Of a stretch of DNA of 64,000 nucleotides, positions 1-14,400 are shown piece by piece. Both the position numbers and the translations under genes were made by a program. A model generated the notes under the pieces. The model was given only the letters and a program-made list of their open reading frames with translations. It was not told where the DNA came from and made no database searches. The DNA is from Euprymna scolopes (lineage: Eukaryota), in assembly GCA_053919585.1 (NCBI GenBank), contig CM132817.1. One strand, given 5' to 3'. Positions within the stretch are counted from its first letter, which is position 1; every line of letters begins with the position of its first letter.

Positions 1-1150
1 GGCGGCTCCATGTTGTACACAAAAAAACCTTCGTAGAGATCGAGCGGATATTCGGCATTGATGCGAGCCGTTACCCCCTCGACGTACTCCAATAAGGGCT
101 GGATCCCGCTGCAACGAAAAAACGCGTGCTCGATCGTTTTGGGCTCGCGTTCATCACAGCGCGGACAGAAGCCGCTCGTATTTTCTTTATACCGGCAGAG
201 TTCGTCGAGAAGGGGCAGCGCGTTACGGACCAGTCGCCAGGTGAGGGAAAATTCCGAGTTGTTCAGAATCTCCAGTCCCGGCGCCCAACTCCAATGAGAA
301 CGGACAACCTCCATCGACCATCCCATCCGCCTACAAAGTGGATCCTTCGCGGTCCCCTCCACTAGCTCCCGATATAGTTTCTTTCTTGGCTGATCGAAGA
401 CACTGGTCCCCAGCAAAGCTCTAAGAGCGGTCCGGCATTCGGAGAAGAACTTAGACTCCCCCCTCGGTCTACGACGACCTTCTACCGAGGGGTTGGGTTT
501 GAGATTGGGAAACGAGTTCTCAACCACAGGGACCCAAGGAGCGTCTTCTTCAAGCGAACGACCCAGGAAAGCCAATCTCTCAGCATTTCTATGACACAAG
601 AGACTGGGCTGACCCAGGCCTCCCTCGCTCGGCCTCTGGACATAGACCTCTCTGCAGACATAATGGTTACCATCGTTCCACAATAGTGAATCGAGGCGCC
701 CTTGCAAGCGGGTTAGTCGTTCTGCAGGGAGAGGAAGTACAGACAATCGGTAAAGGATGAGCGGAAAGACGTATGTAGCACACACCTCCACCCGACCCTT
801 CAAGGACAATTTCCAATCCAAGTCTTCACCGACGATTTGACCTTGCCATATACTTCCGACCAATTCTTTTCCAGCTGAAGTCCCGGTCCAAACCAGACAC
901 CGAGAATACGGACCAGTCCATCGGTCCAGCTGAAAATACCTTGAAGCGAGTTTATCCCGGTCCAGGCCCCCAACCACAGGCCGACAGACTTGCTGCGGTT
1001 GAAGATGGCCCCTGTGACTTCTTCGTATCGAGCGAGCGCCTCGACCACCGCTTGAACGTCCGTGTGGCAAGGCACGAACACGGTGACGTCATCAGCGAAC
1101 GCGGAAACCCTGGCTCGTGTGCCTCCAGGGAGGGCTATTCCGCGCAGGAC
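1..1150 (-). mobile_element. L1/Tx1-clade LINE fragment (reverse transcriptase C-terminal part, frameshifted, 5'-truncated, continues beyond window start)
   Basis: GC-rich island. The minus strand reads VSAFADDVTVFV (FADD at 1088-1099), then YEEVTGAIFNRSKS...ILGVWFG...NWSEV...VKTW, typical of L1/Tx1 RT palm and thumb. ORF pieces 800-1081 and 482-673. Confidence 0.88.
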
Positions 1151-3854
1151 TAGGTGTATCAGAATTTTGGGGGAATTTTTGACACCCCTAACAGAAAACT
1201 GCGAATAAAATATAGAAAACTCGTAATTTCTCTTTCTAAAGTAGGTTTTTTATTTTCTTTATAGAATATGCTTCCAAAATAAACTATTTAAGTTGTTTAA
1301 AAAATAATAGAAATATTATTTTTTATTTAAAAAAAAACAGTGTTTACACAGTGCGTGCGTGCGCTCAGGGAGCCATTTTGTTACCTAGTGAAATCAATTG
1401 ATTTTTATGAGATGAATATTTTTCAATTTTTAAACTTTAAACATCTATCAAAATTTTCCTATCCGTTCAATTGTTACGTTTTTTTTCAGGGTAAATGTAA
1501 AATTTTATGCTCTTTCCGATAAACTGAATATAATATTTTAGACAAACGTTGTTTTATAAATTCACCCCCCCATTTTGAAATGTCTATGAGAATTTTAATA
1601 ATTAATTTTGGTTGACACGTTTTATATATCACAAATTGAAGATAAAACATCAATAAATAAAATACTCAAATTTAAAACAACAAAAAAATATCACTTATCT
1701 GTAAATTTACCGGTAAATTCCAAAATGTAAATCCTTCTTTTTTCGATAACCACTTGTTTTTTTTTTTTGTTTTTTTTTACGTGGAAGCTTAATTTTTGTT
1801 TAGAATTTTCCAGTCAATATTTTTCGGTCAGTGTATATTTTTATATTTAATTCCTGGTTTCCTTTTTTTCGATATAAAAAAAGACGATACCATATAATGC
1901 AGATATATAGTATAATAAATAAAAAATTCAGGTATTTCTTTAAGATATTAAAAAAAAAAATTACATTTCATATCTTCGTCATTCCGTAACCCGTGTAAAT
2001 CCAAAAATAAAATATCCCAGTTTTCATGTACGATAGCGTAAAGGCGCCAACATTAAAAAAAAAGGACGATAAGTTATCTCCCTTTATTCATATAGGGTCA
2101 ATATGAAGCCACCCTCGAAAATTCCTTTAAAATTACGGCCAAATCTGTTCATTGCAATGTGGGCATAAAGTGGGTGCCCATTTGACGTCACATCATTATA
2201 GAAAAGTGACCCCCCACTTTGTGACCATTTGTAAAATTTTTATCTTGGAAACTACTAGTTTCGTTTGCCGTATATATAAATGGTTATTTCCGTTTTCAGC
2301 GCCCCCGAAAACCTTTAAAAGTGGAAAATTTGAAGGAATATAATCCTATATCGAGATTACTAACGTTTCTGAATTAGTGTTTTTTTACACTTATAGGCTT
2401 CCGTAGATAACAAAGTGATAATCTTAACATCCGGTTTCTTTACACTTTCTTGAAAGACACGCGTTGTCGCGATATGTGTTGGAAAAATCCTTCCATTTAA
2501 AAAATACATGGATTATAATATCAGACTTTTCTTGGATACCCGTTACTAAAAAGAACATTTCTGCTTTTCAAAAAGCACTCCCCGGATCCCCTTTCAAATT
2601 CTTCCAATTCGACCTCTCATCACGTATTCTATAGGTTATTCATCTCTTTCCCAATTTCTCCTTTTTTAATGCTTCAATACTTGTAACATTTTCTTTCTGT
2701 CATAGCGGAACCAAAATAAAAGTTTAAGGCGATTAACTCTGAACCATGTTGAATGTGGCTATCGTGAAGAAGTAATGCTTTACGTATATTTCATTCATAA
2801 TAGCTTTAAAATATACCAAGACATTCGGTAAGAAAATGCTAAAACATTAGATGTCATCTTATTGTAATGATATGCATAAGTCATTTTGATTACAATATCA
2901 AACTAACAACAACAATAGCAATTAAAATACATGAATTTCCACTTTCTATATGTAATCACCGATTCTCTAGTTAGATTAACTGTACTCTTTGATATCTGCG
3001 AAAATTACAGTCACTTTGGGGATGGTCATATAAAAAGTTAGAGCAGTGAGGTGAGAGCAAATGTAGTGCCAAATACTTATGACGCCGTTATCCATTGACA
3101 TGACTGCACACCGGAAGTAATATGACAACTGCCAAAGCATTGCCTTTCGTAGATTCTGTGCGCATGCGCATATATACGCACACATATTAGGTCGGGCATC
3201 ATGTAATGCTCAATATTTCTTTATTGTCGTAAAAATCGAGGCTCATAGTGAAATTGGATTCTCCGCGTAGTCATTAATCTCTTGAGGATGTTCTTTTGTG
3301 ATTATTTCTAAGAATTCGCGTAAAAATCCAAATGTTTCTATCTAAAATTTAGCTTTTCTTTCGGAGATTTCTTTCGACCACATTTTCAACGACTGTCATT
3401 AATCTGAAAAAGGTTTTATTAGGCTAACCCTTGCAACTACCAAATATTTCAATGCACGACTCTATTTTCTGAGTTAATTAACTTGCTAAAAAGTGTGCAA
3501 GAAACGTGTCTATTTAAATTAAGTTTATTGATCCATATTTTACGATAGTGACAAGCGAGAGATTTAATATATTTTCCATAAGCACGCATTAGCAAGTTCA
3601 TATGTATGTGTGTGTTCGTGTGGTATAAAATATGAAACATGGTTAAATATTATCTACTGTAATAATAGAGAAAAAAAGGATTAACACCTTTATGACATGT
3701 GTACTGTTTTGCAAATTAGGCACTCAATTTTCAGTAAAAAGAGATTTCATAGATGACAGAAAACATTGGAGTTGAGATTATTCATTATTCGTTACGTTTT
3801 TTTTAAAGAGAAGTTCCTAAGCTTTTGTTACAGAATTATAAAATATAGTCATTA

Positions 3855-3892
3855 ACATACTGAGGTTTCGTCGTTTCATGACTTCCCAGTGT
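3855..3892 (-). ncRNA. degenerate minimal hammerhead ribozyme-like motif
   Basis: Minus strand ACA-CTGGGAA-GTC(atgaaac)GAC-GAAAC-CTCA-GT-A-TGT. Stems I/II/III and a GUA site are present, but the CUGANGA box is mutated. Confidence 0.35.
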
Positions 3893-3907
3893 GGTTATCC
3901 ACAGTGA

Positions 3908-6645
3908 GCGCATTAACTCTGTGTTCCGAAAGCGCATTAACTCTGAGTTCGGAAAGTGCATTAACTCTGAGTTCGGAAAGCACATTAACTCTGAGTTCAA
4001 AAAGTGCATTAAATCTGAGTTCCGAAAGCACATTCACTCTGAGTTTCAAAAGTGCATTAACTCTGAGTTCCGAAAGTGCATTAACTCGGAGTTCCGAAAG
4101 CGCATTAACTATGAGTTCAGAAAGGGCATTAACTCTGAGTTCCGAAAGGGCATTAACTCGGAGTTCCGAAAGCGCATAAACTCGGATTTCCGAAAGCGCA
4201 TTAACTCGGAGTTCCGACAGCGCATTAACTCGGAGTTCTGACAGTGCATTAACTCTGAGTTCAGAAAAACATAAACTCTGAGTTCCAAAAGTGCATTAAC
4301 TCTGAGTTCTAAAAGGGCATTAACTTTGAGTTCGAAAACGCATTAACTCGGACTTCCGAAAGTGCATCAACTCTGAGTTCCAAAAACGCATTAACTCGGA
4401 GTTCCGAAAGCACATTAACTCGGATTTCCGAAAGCTCATTAACTCTGAGTTCCGAAAGTGCATTAACTCTGAGTTCCAAAAGCGCATTAACTCTGAGTCC
4501 TGAAAGCGCATTGACTCGGAGTTCCGAAAGCGCATTAACTCGGAGTTCCGAAAGCGCATTAACTTGGAATTCCGAAAGCGCATTAACTCTGAGTTCGGAA
4601 AGTGCATTAACTCAGAGTTCCAAAAGCGCATCAACTCGGAGTTCCGAAAGCGCATTAACTCTGAGTTCGGAAAGCACATTAACTCTGAGTTCCGAAAGCG
4701 CATTAACTCGGAGTTCCGAAAGCGCATTAACTCTGAGTTCCAAAAGCGCATTAACTTGGAATTCCGAAAGCGCATTAACTCTGAGTTCGGAAAGTGCATT
4801 AACTCAGAGTTCCAAAAGCGCATCAACTCGGAGTTCCGAAAGCGCATTAACTCTGAGTTCGGAAAGCACATTAACTCTGAGTTCCGAAAGCGCATTAACT
4901 CGGAGTTCCGAAAGCGCATTAACTCTGAGTTCCAAAAGCGCATTAACTTGGAATTCCGAAAGCGCATTAACTCTGAGTTCGGAAAGTGCATTAACTCAGA
5001 GTTCCAAAAGCGCATCAACTCGGAGTTCCGAAAGCGCATTAACTCTGAGTTCGGAAAGCACATTAACTCTGAGTTCCGAAAGCGCATTAACTCGGAGTTC
5101 CGAAAGCGCATTAACTCTGAGTTCCAAAAGCGCATTAACTTGGAATTCCGAAAGCGCATTAACTCTGAGTTCGGAAAGTGCATTAACTCAGAGTTCCAAA
5201 AGCGCATCAACTCGGAGTTCCGAAAGCGCATTAACTCTGAGTTCGGAAAGCACATTAACTCTGAGTTCCGAAAGCGCATTAACTCTGAGTTCTAAAAGCG
5301 CATTAAATCTGAGTTCTGAAAGAGCATTAACTCGGAGTTCCGAAAGCGCATTAACTTGGAATTCCGAAAGCGCATTAACTCTGAGTTCTAAAAGCGCATT
5401 AACTCGGAGTTCCGAAAGCGCATTAACCCGGAGTTCCGAAAACGAATTAACTCTGAGTTCCGAAAGCGCATTAACTCGGAGTTCCAAAAGCGCATCAACT
5501 CGGAGTTCCGACAGTGAATTAACTCGGAGTTCCGAAAGCACATTAACTCGGAGTTCCGAAAGTGAATTAACTCGGACTTCCGAAAGGGCATTAACTCGGA
5601 GTTCCGAAAGCGCATTAACTCTGGGTTCCGAAAGCGCATTAACTCTTAGTTCCGAAAGCGCATTAACTCTGTGTTCCAAAAGCGCATTAACTCTGTGTTT
5701 CGAAAGTGCATAAACTCGGAGTTCCGAAAGCGCATTAACTCTGTGTTCCGAAAGTGTATACACTCTGGGTTCCGAAAGCGCATTAACTCTGTGTTCCAAA
5801 ACCGCATTAACTCTGAGTTCTGAAAGCGCATTAACTCTGTGTTCCGAAAGGGCATTAATTCTGTGTTCTGAAAGCTCGTTAACTCTGAGTTCCGAAAGCG
5901 CATTAACTCTTAGTTCCAAAAGCGCATTAACTCTGTGTTTCGAAAGTGCATAAACTCTGATTCCGAAAGGGCATTAACTCTTTGTTCCGAAAGCTCATTT
6001 ACTCTGAGGTCCGAAAGCGCATTAACTCTGGGTTCCGAAAGCGCATTAACTCTGTGTTCTCGAAAGCGCATTAACTCTGTGTTTTCGAAAGTGCATTAAC
6101 TCGGAGTTACGAAAGCCCATTAACTCTGAGTTCCGAAAGTGCATTAACTCTGTGTTCCAAAAGCGCGAATTAGCTCTGAGTTCTGAAAGCGCATTAACGA
6201 AGAGTTTTGATAGTGCATTAACTCGGAGTTGCGAAAGCGCATTAACTCGGAGTTCCGAAAGCGCATTAACTCTTAGTTCTAAAAGCGCATTAACTCGGAG
6301 TTTTGATAGCGCATTAACTCGGAGTTGCGAAAGCGCATTAACTCTGTGTTCCGAAAGCTCATCAACTCTGAGGTCCGAAAGCGCATTAACTCTGTGTTCT
6401 CGAAAGCGCATTAACTCTGTGTTTTCGAAAGTGCATTAACTCTGAGTTCTAAAAGCGCATTAACTGTGATTTCCGAAAGCACATTAACTCTGTGTTCCAA
6501 AAGCGCGAATTAGCTCTGAGTTCCGAAAGCGCATTAACTCTGTGTTCCGAAAGCGCATTACCTCTGAGTTCTAAAAGCGCATTAACTCTGAGTTTTGATA
6601 GCGCATTAACTCGGAGTTGCGAAAACGCATTAACTCGGTGTTGAA
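3908..6645. repeat. 24-bp tandem satellite (~114 units), consensus GCATTAACTCTGAGTTCCGAAAGC, with 192-bp (8-mer) higher-order repeat
   Basis: Head-to-tail repetition is directly visible. The diagnostic variant AACTTGGAAT recurs at 4561, 4753, 4945 and 5137 (192-bp spacing) and at 5353 (216). Confidence 0.97.
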
Positions 6646-8274
6646 AAACTGAGTTATGATTGGTTATTACTTGTGCAATTGCTTACTCATAACTACTTAC
6701 ATCATTGTTTTCTCACTGCATAAACGAACGTACTATGAATATTTTTATGAAACTAACATATAATATTTTACTAACTAATAATTATTATTCTACGTAAGTA
6801 AGTGAAATATATATTTGAATAAATATTTTACTGATTTGGTTATATTTTACAATAATCATAACCGAAAGGATTTGCTATTTTTTATATATATATATTCTTC
6901 CTGTCTCTATGTTTTCTCTCTCTTTTCCCTCTATCTATACGTTATATTCTTAATTTTTTTCTGAATAATTAAGAATTATTTTGTATTATTATATTTATCG
7001 TGTTTTCTACCAAATTTATTGTTATCCATGTAATAATCATTTAGTAGTTTATTATTGCTTGTTATACATCGAATGATTTTAATACTATACATGCATGCAA
7101 TATATATTTAATAGAAGACTACGAATGTTTTAATTATTCGTGTTCGCCATATTAGATGCAAAAATGTGTGGTTCATTTTGTATCTCCACTACAGGTGTGA
7201 TCTTTATCTGCTACTCAGCATAGTATTCAGTATAGTTTTCAAAAGAGTAGTTGAAATATCATTAGTTTTATAACTTATTTCATTTCAAAGACATTTTATT
7301 CTGCCTGCAAATGTACTCATTACCCTGTGTGTGAATTTTTGTATATTTTTATGTTCATAATTGAATTTTTGTGTGGAAGTCTGTTTGTGTTCTTGTCCAA
7401 TATGTGTGATATATATTTTGGCTTTTTGTGTAACTATGTAGCTGTGTGTATAAGAAAATGATGTATTTTTGGTATATTTTATTCATGTCAAATATTGTGT
7501 GTGTATATTGATGTGTGTTTAGTATCTTGTTTATATTTATTTGTAATACGTCTATACAGGCATGTTTTAAATTTATTAATTTTCATGAAAAAGTTAAAAA
7601 CAAACATATCTTTGTGGATACCAGATGAATTTACCTAATGACAAAATCTCATCGATAAATCAAAAATTTATAATTGCATCCATGAAAAGTACAAATTGTG
7701 ACTGATTTTTTTCACAATTATAATCAGTGCAAATCAAATGGGGGTTTATTTCTTCTTGCCTTATTACAGATAGATAAGCTTTATTGAAGAAAAGATCACT
7801 AACGAAAACAACAGTTTTCAGCTAGCAGAACTGCACAGTGTTTCAGGGAGGCATATTAAAGGCATATTGGAGTAATTACCAGGATAACAGGTTTGTTATA
7901 TTTCAAAACATTTTATACGTTTTCTTTTCTAAATCTGAAAAAACATGTATTATTATTTTTATCTGGAAAAATGTGTTATTTTTTAATGGCGATAATGAGT
8001 TAGATTGAGATATAGAACATGTGCTATTTTTAAATATGAAATGTGTCATTTCTTAATATAACAATGTGTTATTTTCTAAATTAAAAAACGTGTGTTATTT
8101 TTTAAATCTGAGTAAATATTGAGAAAATAAAATAATGTTTCGTCATACTAAACTTTTCATTTTTCATTATTGAGACAGCATCCTGTATGTACAAGGATAA
8201 TGCAGCAATCTAAATAATACACGGGATATACCCACATGGATCCATAGAATAATGTATACATGTTTAGGAAACAG

Positions 8275-10506
8275 AAATATTGTTTTATCAACCAAATTAA
8301 CCTCTGTTGACATGCAATGCTTATTGCACAGAATGAGTCGATTATCATGATATTGTAACCATATTGTTTTCTCCAGCTAAAAAACCTCTGTAAACATGCA
8401 ATGCTTACTGCATAGAATTGATTGAATATCTTGATAGTGTAACCATATTATTTTCTCAAGAAAATAAACCTCTATTTACATGCAATGATTACTGTATGGA
8501 AATGGATGAATGTCTTGATATTGTAGCCATATGGTTTTCTCAAGCAAATATACCTCTATTGAGAGGCAATGCTTACTGCAACTAATTGATTGAATATCTA
8601 TATATTGACACCATATTGTTTTCTCAAGCAAATAAACCTCTGTTGATATGCTATGCTTACTGCAAAGAATTGATTGAATATCTTGATATTGTACCCATAT
8701 TGTTTTCTCCAGCAAATAAACCTCTGTGGACATGCAAAGCTTATTGCATAGACTTGATTTAATATCTATATATTGACACCATATTGTTTTCTCAAGGAAA
8801 TTAACCTCTGTTGACATGCAATGCTTACTGCATAGAATTGATTAAATATCTTTATATTGACACCATATTGTTTTCTCAAGGAAATAGACCTCTGTTTATA
8901 TGCAATGCTTATTGCATAGAATTGATAGAATATCTTTATATTGAACCCATATTGTTTTCTCAAGCAAATAAACCTCTGTGGACATGCAAAGCTTATTGCA
9001 GAGACTTGATTTAATATCTTTATATTGACACCATATTGTTTTCTCAAGCAAATAAACATCTGTTGATATGCAATTCTTACTGCATAGAATTGATTGAATA
9101 TCTTTATACTGGCACCATATTGTTTTCTCAATGAAATTAACCTCTGTTGATATGCAATGCTTACTGCATAGAATTGATTGAATATTTTTATATTGAAACC
9201 ATATTGCTTTCTCAAGAAAATAAACATCTGTTGATATGCAATGCTTACTGCATAGAATTGATTGAATATCTTTATATTGACTCCAAATTGTTTTCTCAGG
9301 CAAATAAACCTATGTTGATATGCAATGCTTACTGCATAGAATTGATTGAATATCTTGATATTGAAACCATATTGTTTTCTCAAGCAAATAAACCTCTGTT
9401 GATATGCAATGCTTACTGCATAGAATTGATTGAATATCTTTATATTGACACCATATTGTTTTTTGAAGAAAATAAACATCTTTTGATATGCAATGCTTAC
9501 TGCATATAATTGATTGAATATCTTGATATTGTAACAATATTGTTTTCTCAGGCAAATAAAACTCTGTTGACATGCAATGCTTATTGCATAGCATTGATTG
9601 AATATCTCGATATTGTAACAACATTGTGTTCCCACGCAAATAAAGCTCTTTTGACATGCAATGATTTATGTACAATTCATTTAATGTCTTGATATTGTGA
9701 CAATGTTTGGTCCTCCAGCAAATAAACCTCTGTTGACATGCAATGCTTATTGCATAGTATTGATTGAATGTCTTGGTATTGTAACCATATTGTTTTCTCA
9801 AGCAAATAAACCTTTGTTTACATGCAATGCTTACTGCATAGAATTGATTGAATATCTTGATAGTACAACCATATTATTTCTCAAGCAAATCCATCGCTGT
9901 TGCTATGAAATGCTTACTGCATAGAAGTGATTAAATATATAGATATTGTAAGCATATTGTTTTCTCGACCAAATAAACCTCTGTTGATATGCAATGATTA
10001 TTGTATGGGAATGCTTGAATATCTTGATATTGTAGCCATATTATTTTCTCAAGCAAATATACCTCCGTTTACATGCAATGCTTACTGCATAGAATTGATT
10101 GAATATTTTGACATTGAAACCATATTGTTTTCTCAAGCAAATTAACTTCTGTTAATATGCAATGCTTATTGCATAGAATTGATTGAATATCTTGATATTG
10201 TAACTATATTATTTTCTCAAGCAAATTAACCTCTGTGGACATGAAATTCTTACTGCATAGAATCGATTAAATATCTTGACATTTAAACCCTATTGTTGTC
10301 TCAATCAAATAAGGATCTGTTGACATGCAGTGCTTACTCAATAGAATTGATTAAATATATTGATATTGTAAGCATATTGTCTTCTCAAGGAAATAAACCT
10401 CTGTTGACATGCAATGCTTACTGCACAGAATTGATTGAATATCTTGATATTGTAACCATAATGTTTTCTGAAGCAAATAAACCTCTGTTGACATGCAATG
10501 CTTACC
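8275..10506. repeat. 84-bp tandem satellite, block 1
   Basis: Consensus TTGACATGCAATGCTTACTGCATAGAATTGATTGAATATCTTGATATTGTAACCATATTGTTTTCTCAAGCAAATAAACCTCTG repeated head-to-tail. Confidence 0.96.
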
Positions 10507-11400
10507 GATGTTACATATAGGGGTTTCATTGAGAGAGTCTTAGGAAGAGATGCTTAGAAAGAGTCTTATTACAGGGGGGATGTTGTAAGACTCAGAGAGA
10601 GAGAGAGAGAGAGATGTTGTAAGAGACTTAGAGAGATTTAGAGAGATTGTTCATGTTATTCTTTTTATATATTAAAACGTTCATTCCTTAATTGTGTTGA
10701 ATGGGAGAAGAAGCTCTTAGAATGATGAGATAGTGTTCACTGTTCGGACATTGTGTAGACATGATGATGTTGAGACGTGTATGTAAAGACATTTTATAAC
10801 ACAAATATATAATACAATTTCACTTTACCTTTTCGTAAGAATCATAAGACAAGACGAGCTTTACAAAACACATAATGGTTTATTTCGTCACACGGCCGTG
10901 TTTCTATCACCAAGAATTGAAAGTCTCACATTTTTTTCTTGAAGTGACGTCTCGCTCCCTAGACGCCTGACTGTACCTCTCCGAGTTTCTTCACTGACTG
11001 ACTAACTCTAAAGTTTTTTTCTCTATTCCTAGAACTTTCTATTTTCCGTGACGTCATACACATGTTAAAACATGTGCCTTCTTTCACGTGTTTTGGACAT
11101 ACGTGTCCAAAACTTTTCCTATTTCTACAAAAGGAATTTTAACCTATATTCAATATGTTAAAAACATTATTTTATAAGTTGCATTCTTTCAATTTAAAAT
11201 TTCATAACAAACTTGAGAGTTCACATTCTTTCCTTGAAATATTTATCTATATTCTAAACAAATGTTAGTTTTACATTTTTAAATTCTCACACGTAATCTA
11301 TTTCTAAACTAAATTACGAGGTTCGAATTTCGCCTATGCTATTTAATTTTCATTTTATTTAAATTCTCTATTTTTATACTTACATGAAAAGGGGACAGCC
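10507..11400. mobile_element. 894-bp insertion of unclassified repeat within the 84-bp satellite
   Basis: The satellite breaks after CTTACC (10501-10506) and resumes at CTTACC (11401-11406). The paralogous satellite block near 13660 is empty. No coding capacity and no TIR. Confidence 0.7.
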
Positions 11401-14400
11401 CTTACCATTAGAATTGATTTAATGTCTTTATACAGTAACCATATTGTTTTCTCCAGCAAATATACGTCTGTTGACTTTGAATGCTTACTGCATAGAATTG
11501 ATTGACTATCCTGATATTGTAACCATATTGTTTTTACAAGCAAATAAACCTCTGTTGACATGCAATGCATAGAATTTATTGAACATCTGTATATTTTAAC
11601 CATATAGTTTTCTAAAGCAAACAAACCTCTGTTCACATGCAATGCTCACTGCACAGAATTAATTGAATATCTAAATATTGAAACCATATTGTTTCTCAAG
11701 CAAATAAACCTCTGTTTACATGCAATACATACTTCATATAATTGATTAAATATCTTTATATTGAAACCATATTGTTTTCACAAGCAAATAAACCACTGTT
11801 TACATGCAATGCTTACTGTATAGAATTGATTGAATATCTTGATTTTGTAAGCATAATGTTTTCTCATGAAATTAAACCTTTGTTGACATACAATGCTTAC
11901 TGCACAGAATACACTGAATATCTTGATATTGTAATCATATTGTTATCTCCAGCAAAAAAAACCTTTGTTGACATGCAATGCTTATTGCATAAAATTGATT
12001 GTATATCTCGATATTGTAACCATATAGTTTTCTCCAGCAAATAAACCTCTGTAAACATGCAATGCTTACTGCATAGAATTGATTGAATATCTGGATATTT
12101 AAACCATATTGTTTTCACTAGAAAATAAATCTCTGTTTACATGCCATGGTTATTGTATGGAAATGCTTGAATATCTTGATATTGTAGCCATATGGTTTTC
12201 TCAAGCAAATATACCTCTATTGAGAGGCAATGCTTATTGACTAGAATTGATAGAATATCTATATATTGACACCATATTGTTTTCTCAAGCAAATAAACCT
12301 CTGTTGATATGCAATGCTTACTGCATAGAATTGATTGAATATCTTGATATTGTAACCATATTGTTTTTTCCAGCAAATGAACCTCTGTTAACATGCAATA
12401 CTTATTGCATGGACTCGATTGAATATCTTGATATTGAAACCATATTGTCTTCCCAATAAAACAAACCTCTGTTGACATGCAATGCTTACTGCATAGAATT
12501 GATTGAATGTTTCGATATTGTAACCATATTGTTTTCTCAAGAAATAAACCTCTTTTGACATGCAATGCTTATTGCATAACATTGATAGAATACCTCGATA
12601 TTGTAACCATATTGTTTTCTCAGGCAAATAAACCTCTGTGTATATGCAATGTCTACTGCACAGAATTGATTGAATATCTTGATATTCAAACCATATTGTG
12701 TTTCCCGGCATATAAACCTCTTTTGACATGCAATGATTACTGCACAATTGATTTAATATCTTGATATGGTGACAATATTTGGTCCTCCAGCAAATAAACC
12801 TCTGTTGACATACACTGCTTATTGCATAGTATTGATTGAATATCTTGATATTGTAGCCATATTGTTTTCTCTAGCAAATAAACCTCGGTTGACATGCAAT
12901 GCTTACTGCATAGAATTGATTGAATATCTTTATATTTTAACCATATTTTTTTTCTCAAGAAATAAAACTCTGTATACATGCAATGCTTACTGCACAGAAT
13001 TAACAAGATATCTTGCTATTGTAATCATATTGTTTTCTCGAGCAAATGAACCTATGTTGACATGTAATGCTTTCTGCATAGAATTGATTGAATATCTTGA
13101 CATTGAAACCATATTGTTTTCTCATGCAAATTAACTTCTGTTAATATGCAATGCTTATTGCGTAGAAGGTATTGAATATCATCCTATTGAAAACATATTG
13201 TTTTCTCAAGCAAATAAACCTCGGTTAATATGCAATGCTTATTGCATAGAATAGATGGAATTTCTTGATATTGTAACCATATTGTTTTCTCAAGCTAATA
13301 AACCTCTGTTGACATGCAATGCTTACTGCACAGAATTTATTAAATATCTTGATATTGAAATGATAATTTTTTCCATTTGAAATAAACCTCTGTTGTATTT
13401 CAATGTGTACATCATTAACTCGATTAAATATCTTGACATTTAAACCCTATTGTTGTCTCAATCAAATAAGGATCTGTTGACATGCAGTGCTTACTCAATA
13501 GAATTGATTAAATATCTTGATATTGTAAGCATATTGTCTTCTCAAGGAAATAAACCTCTGTTGACATGCAATGTTTACTGCACAGAATTGATTTAATATC
13601 TTGATATTGTAACCATAATGTTTTCTAAAGCAATTAAACCTCTGTTGACATGCAATGCTTACCGCATAATATTGATTTAATATCTTGATATTGTAACCAT
13701 ATGGTTTTCTCCAGCAAATATACCTCTGTTGACTTTGAATGCTTACTGAATAGAATTGATTGAATATCCTGATATTTTAAAGCAAACAAACCTCTGTTCC
13801 CATGCAATGCTCACTGCACAGAATTAATTGAATATCTTATTAACCATATGGTTTCTCAATCAAATAAATCTCTGTTTACATGCAATACTTAATTCATATA
13901 ATTGATTGAATATCTTTATATTGAAACCATATTTTTCCCCAAGCAAATAAACCACTGTTGACATGCAATTCTTACTGTATAGAATGGATTAAATATCTTG
14001 ATATTGTAATCATATTGTTATCTGCAGCAAAAACACTTTTGTGTACATGCAATCCTTATTGCATAACATTGATTGAATATCTCGATATTGTAACCATATA
14101 GTTTTCTCCAGCAAATAAACCTCTGTAAACAGGCAATGCTTACTGCATAGAATTGATTGAATATCTTGATATTGTAACCATATTGTTTTCTCCAGCAAAT
14201 AAACCTCTGTTTACATGCAAAGCTAATTGCATAGACTGTATTGAATATCTTGATATTGTAACCATATTGTTTTCTCAAGCAAATAAACATCTGTTGATAT
14301 GCAACTCTTACTGCATAGAATTAAGAGAATATCTTGATATTGTACCCATATTGTTTTCTCAAGTAAAGAAACCTCTGTCGACATGCAAGGTTATTGCATA

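Noticed and set aside
1151-3450. Probable DNA-transposon remnants
   Set aside because: No paired TIRs, TSD or transposase motif could be demonstrated.
3895-3903. DnaA box TTATCCACA next to iteron-like repeats
   Set aside because: A single 9-mer in clearly eukaryotic DNA; more than 100 repeats and no rep gene.
3908-6645. CRISPR array, or long repeat proteins (up to 400 aa) from the 24-bp palindromic repeat
   Set aside because: Units are head-to-tail with no unique spacers and no cas genes; ORFs in many frames simply follow from the 24-bp period.
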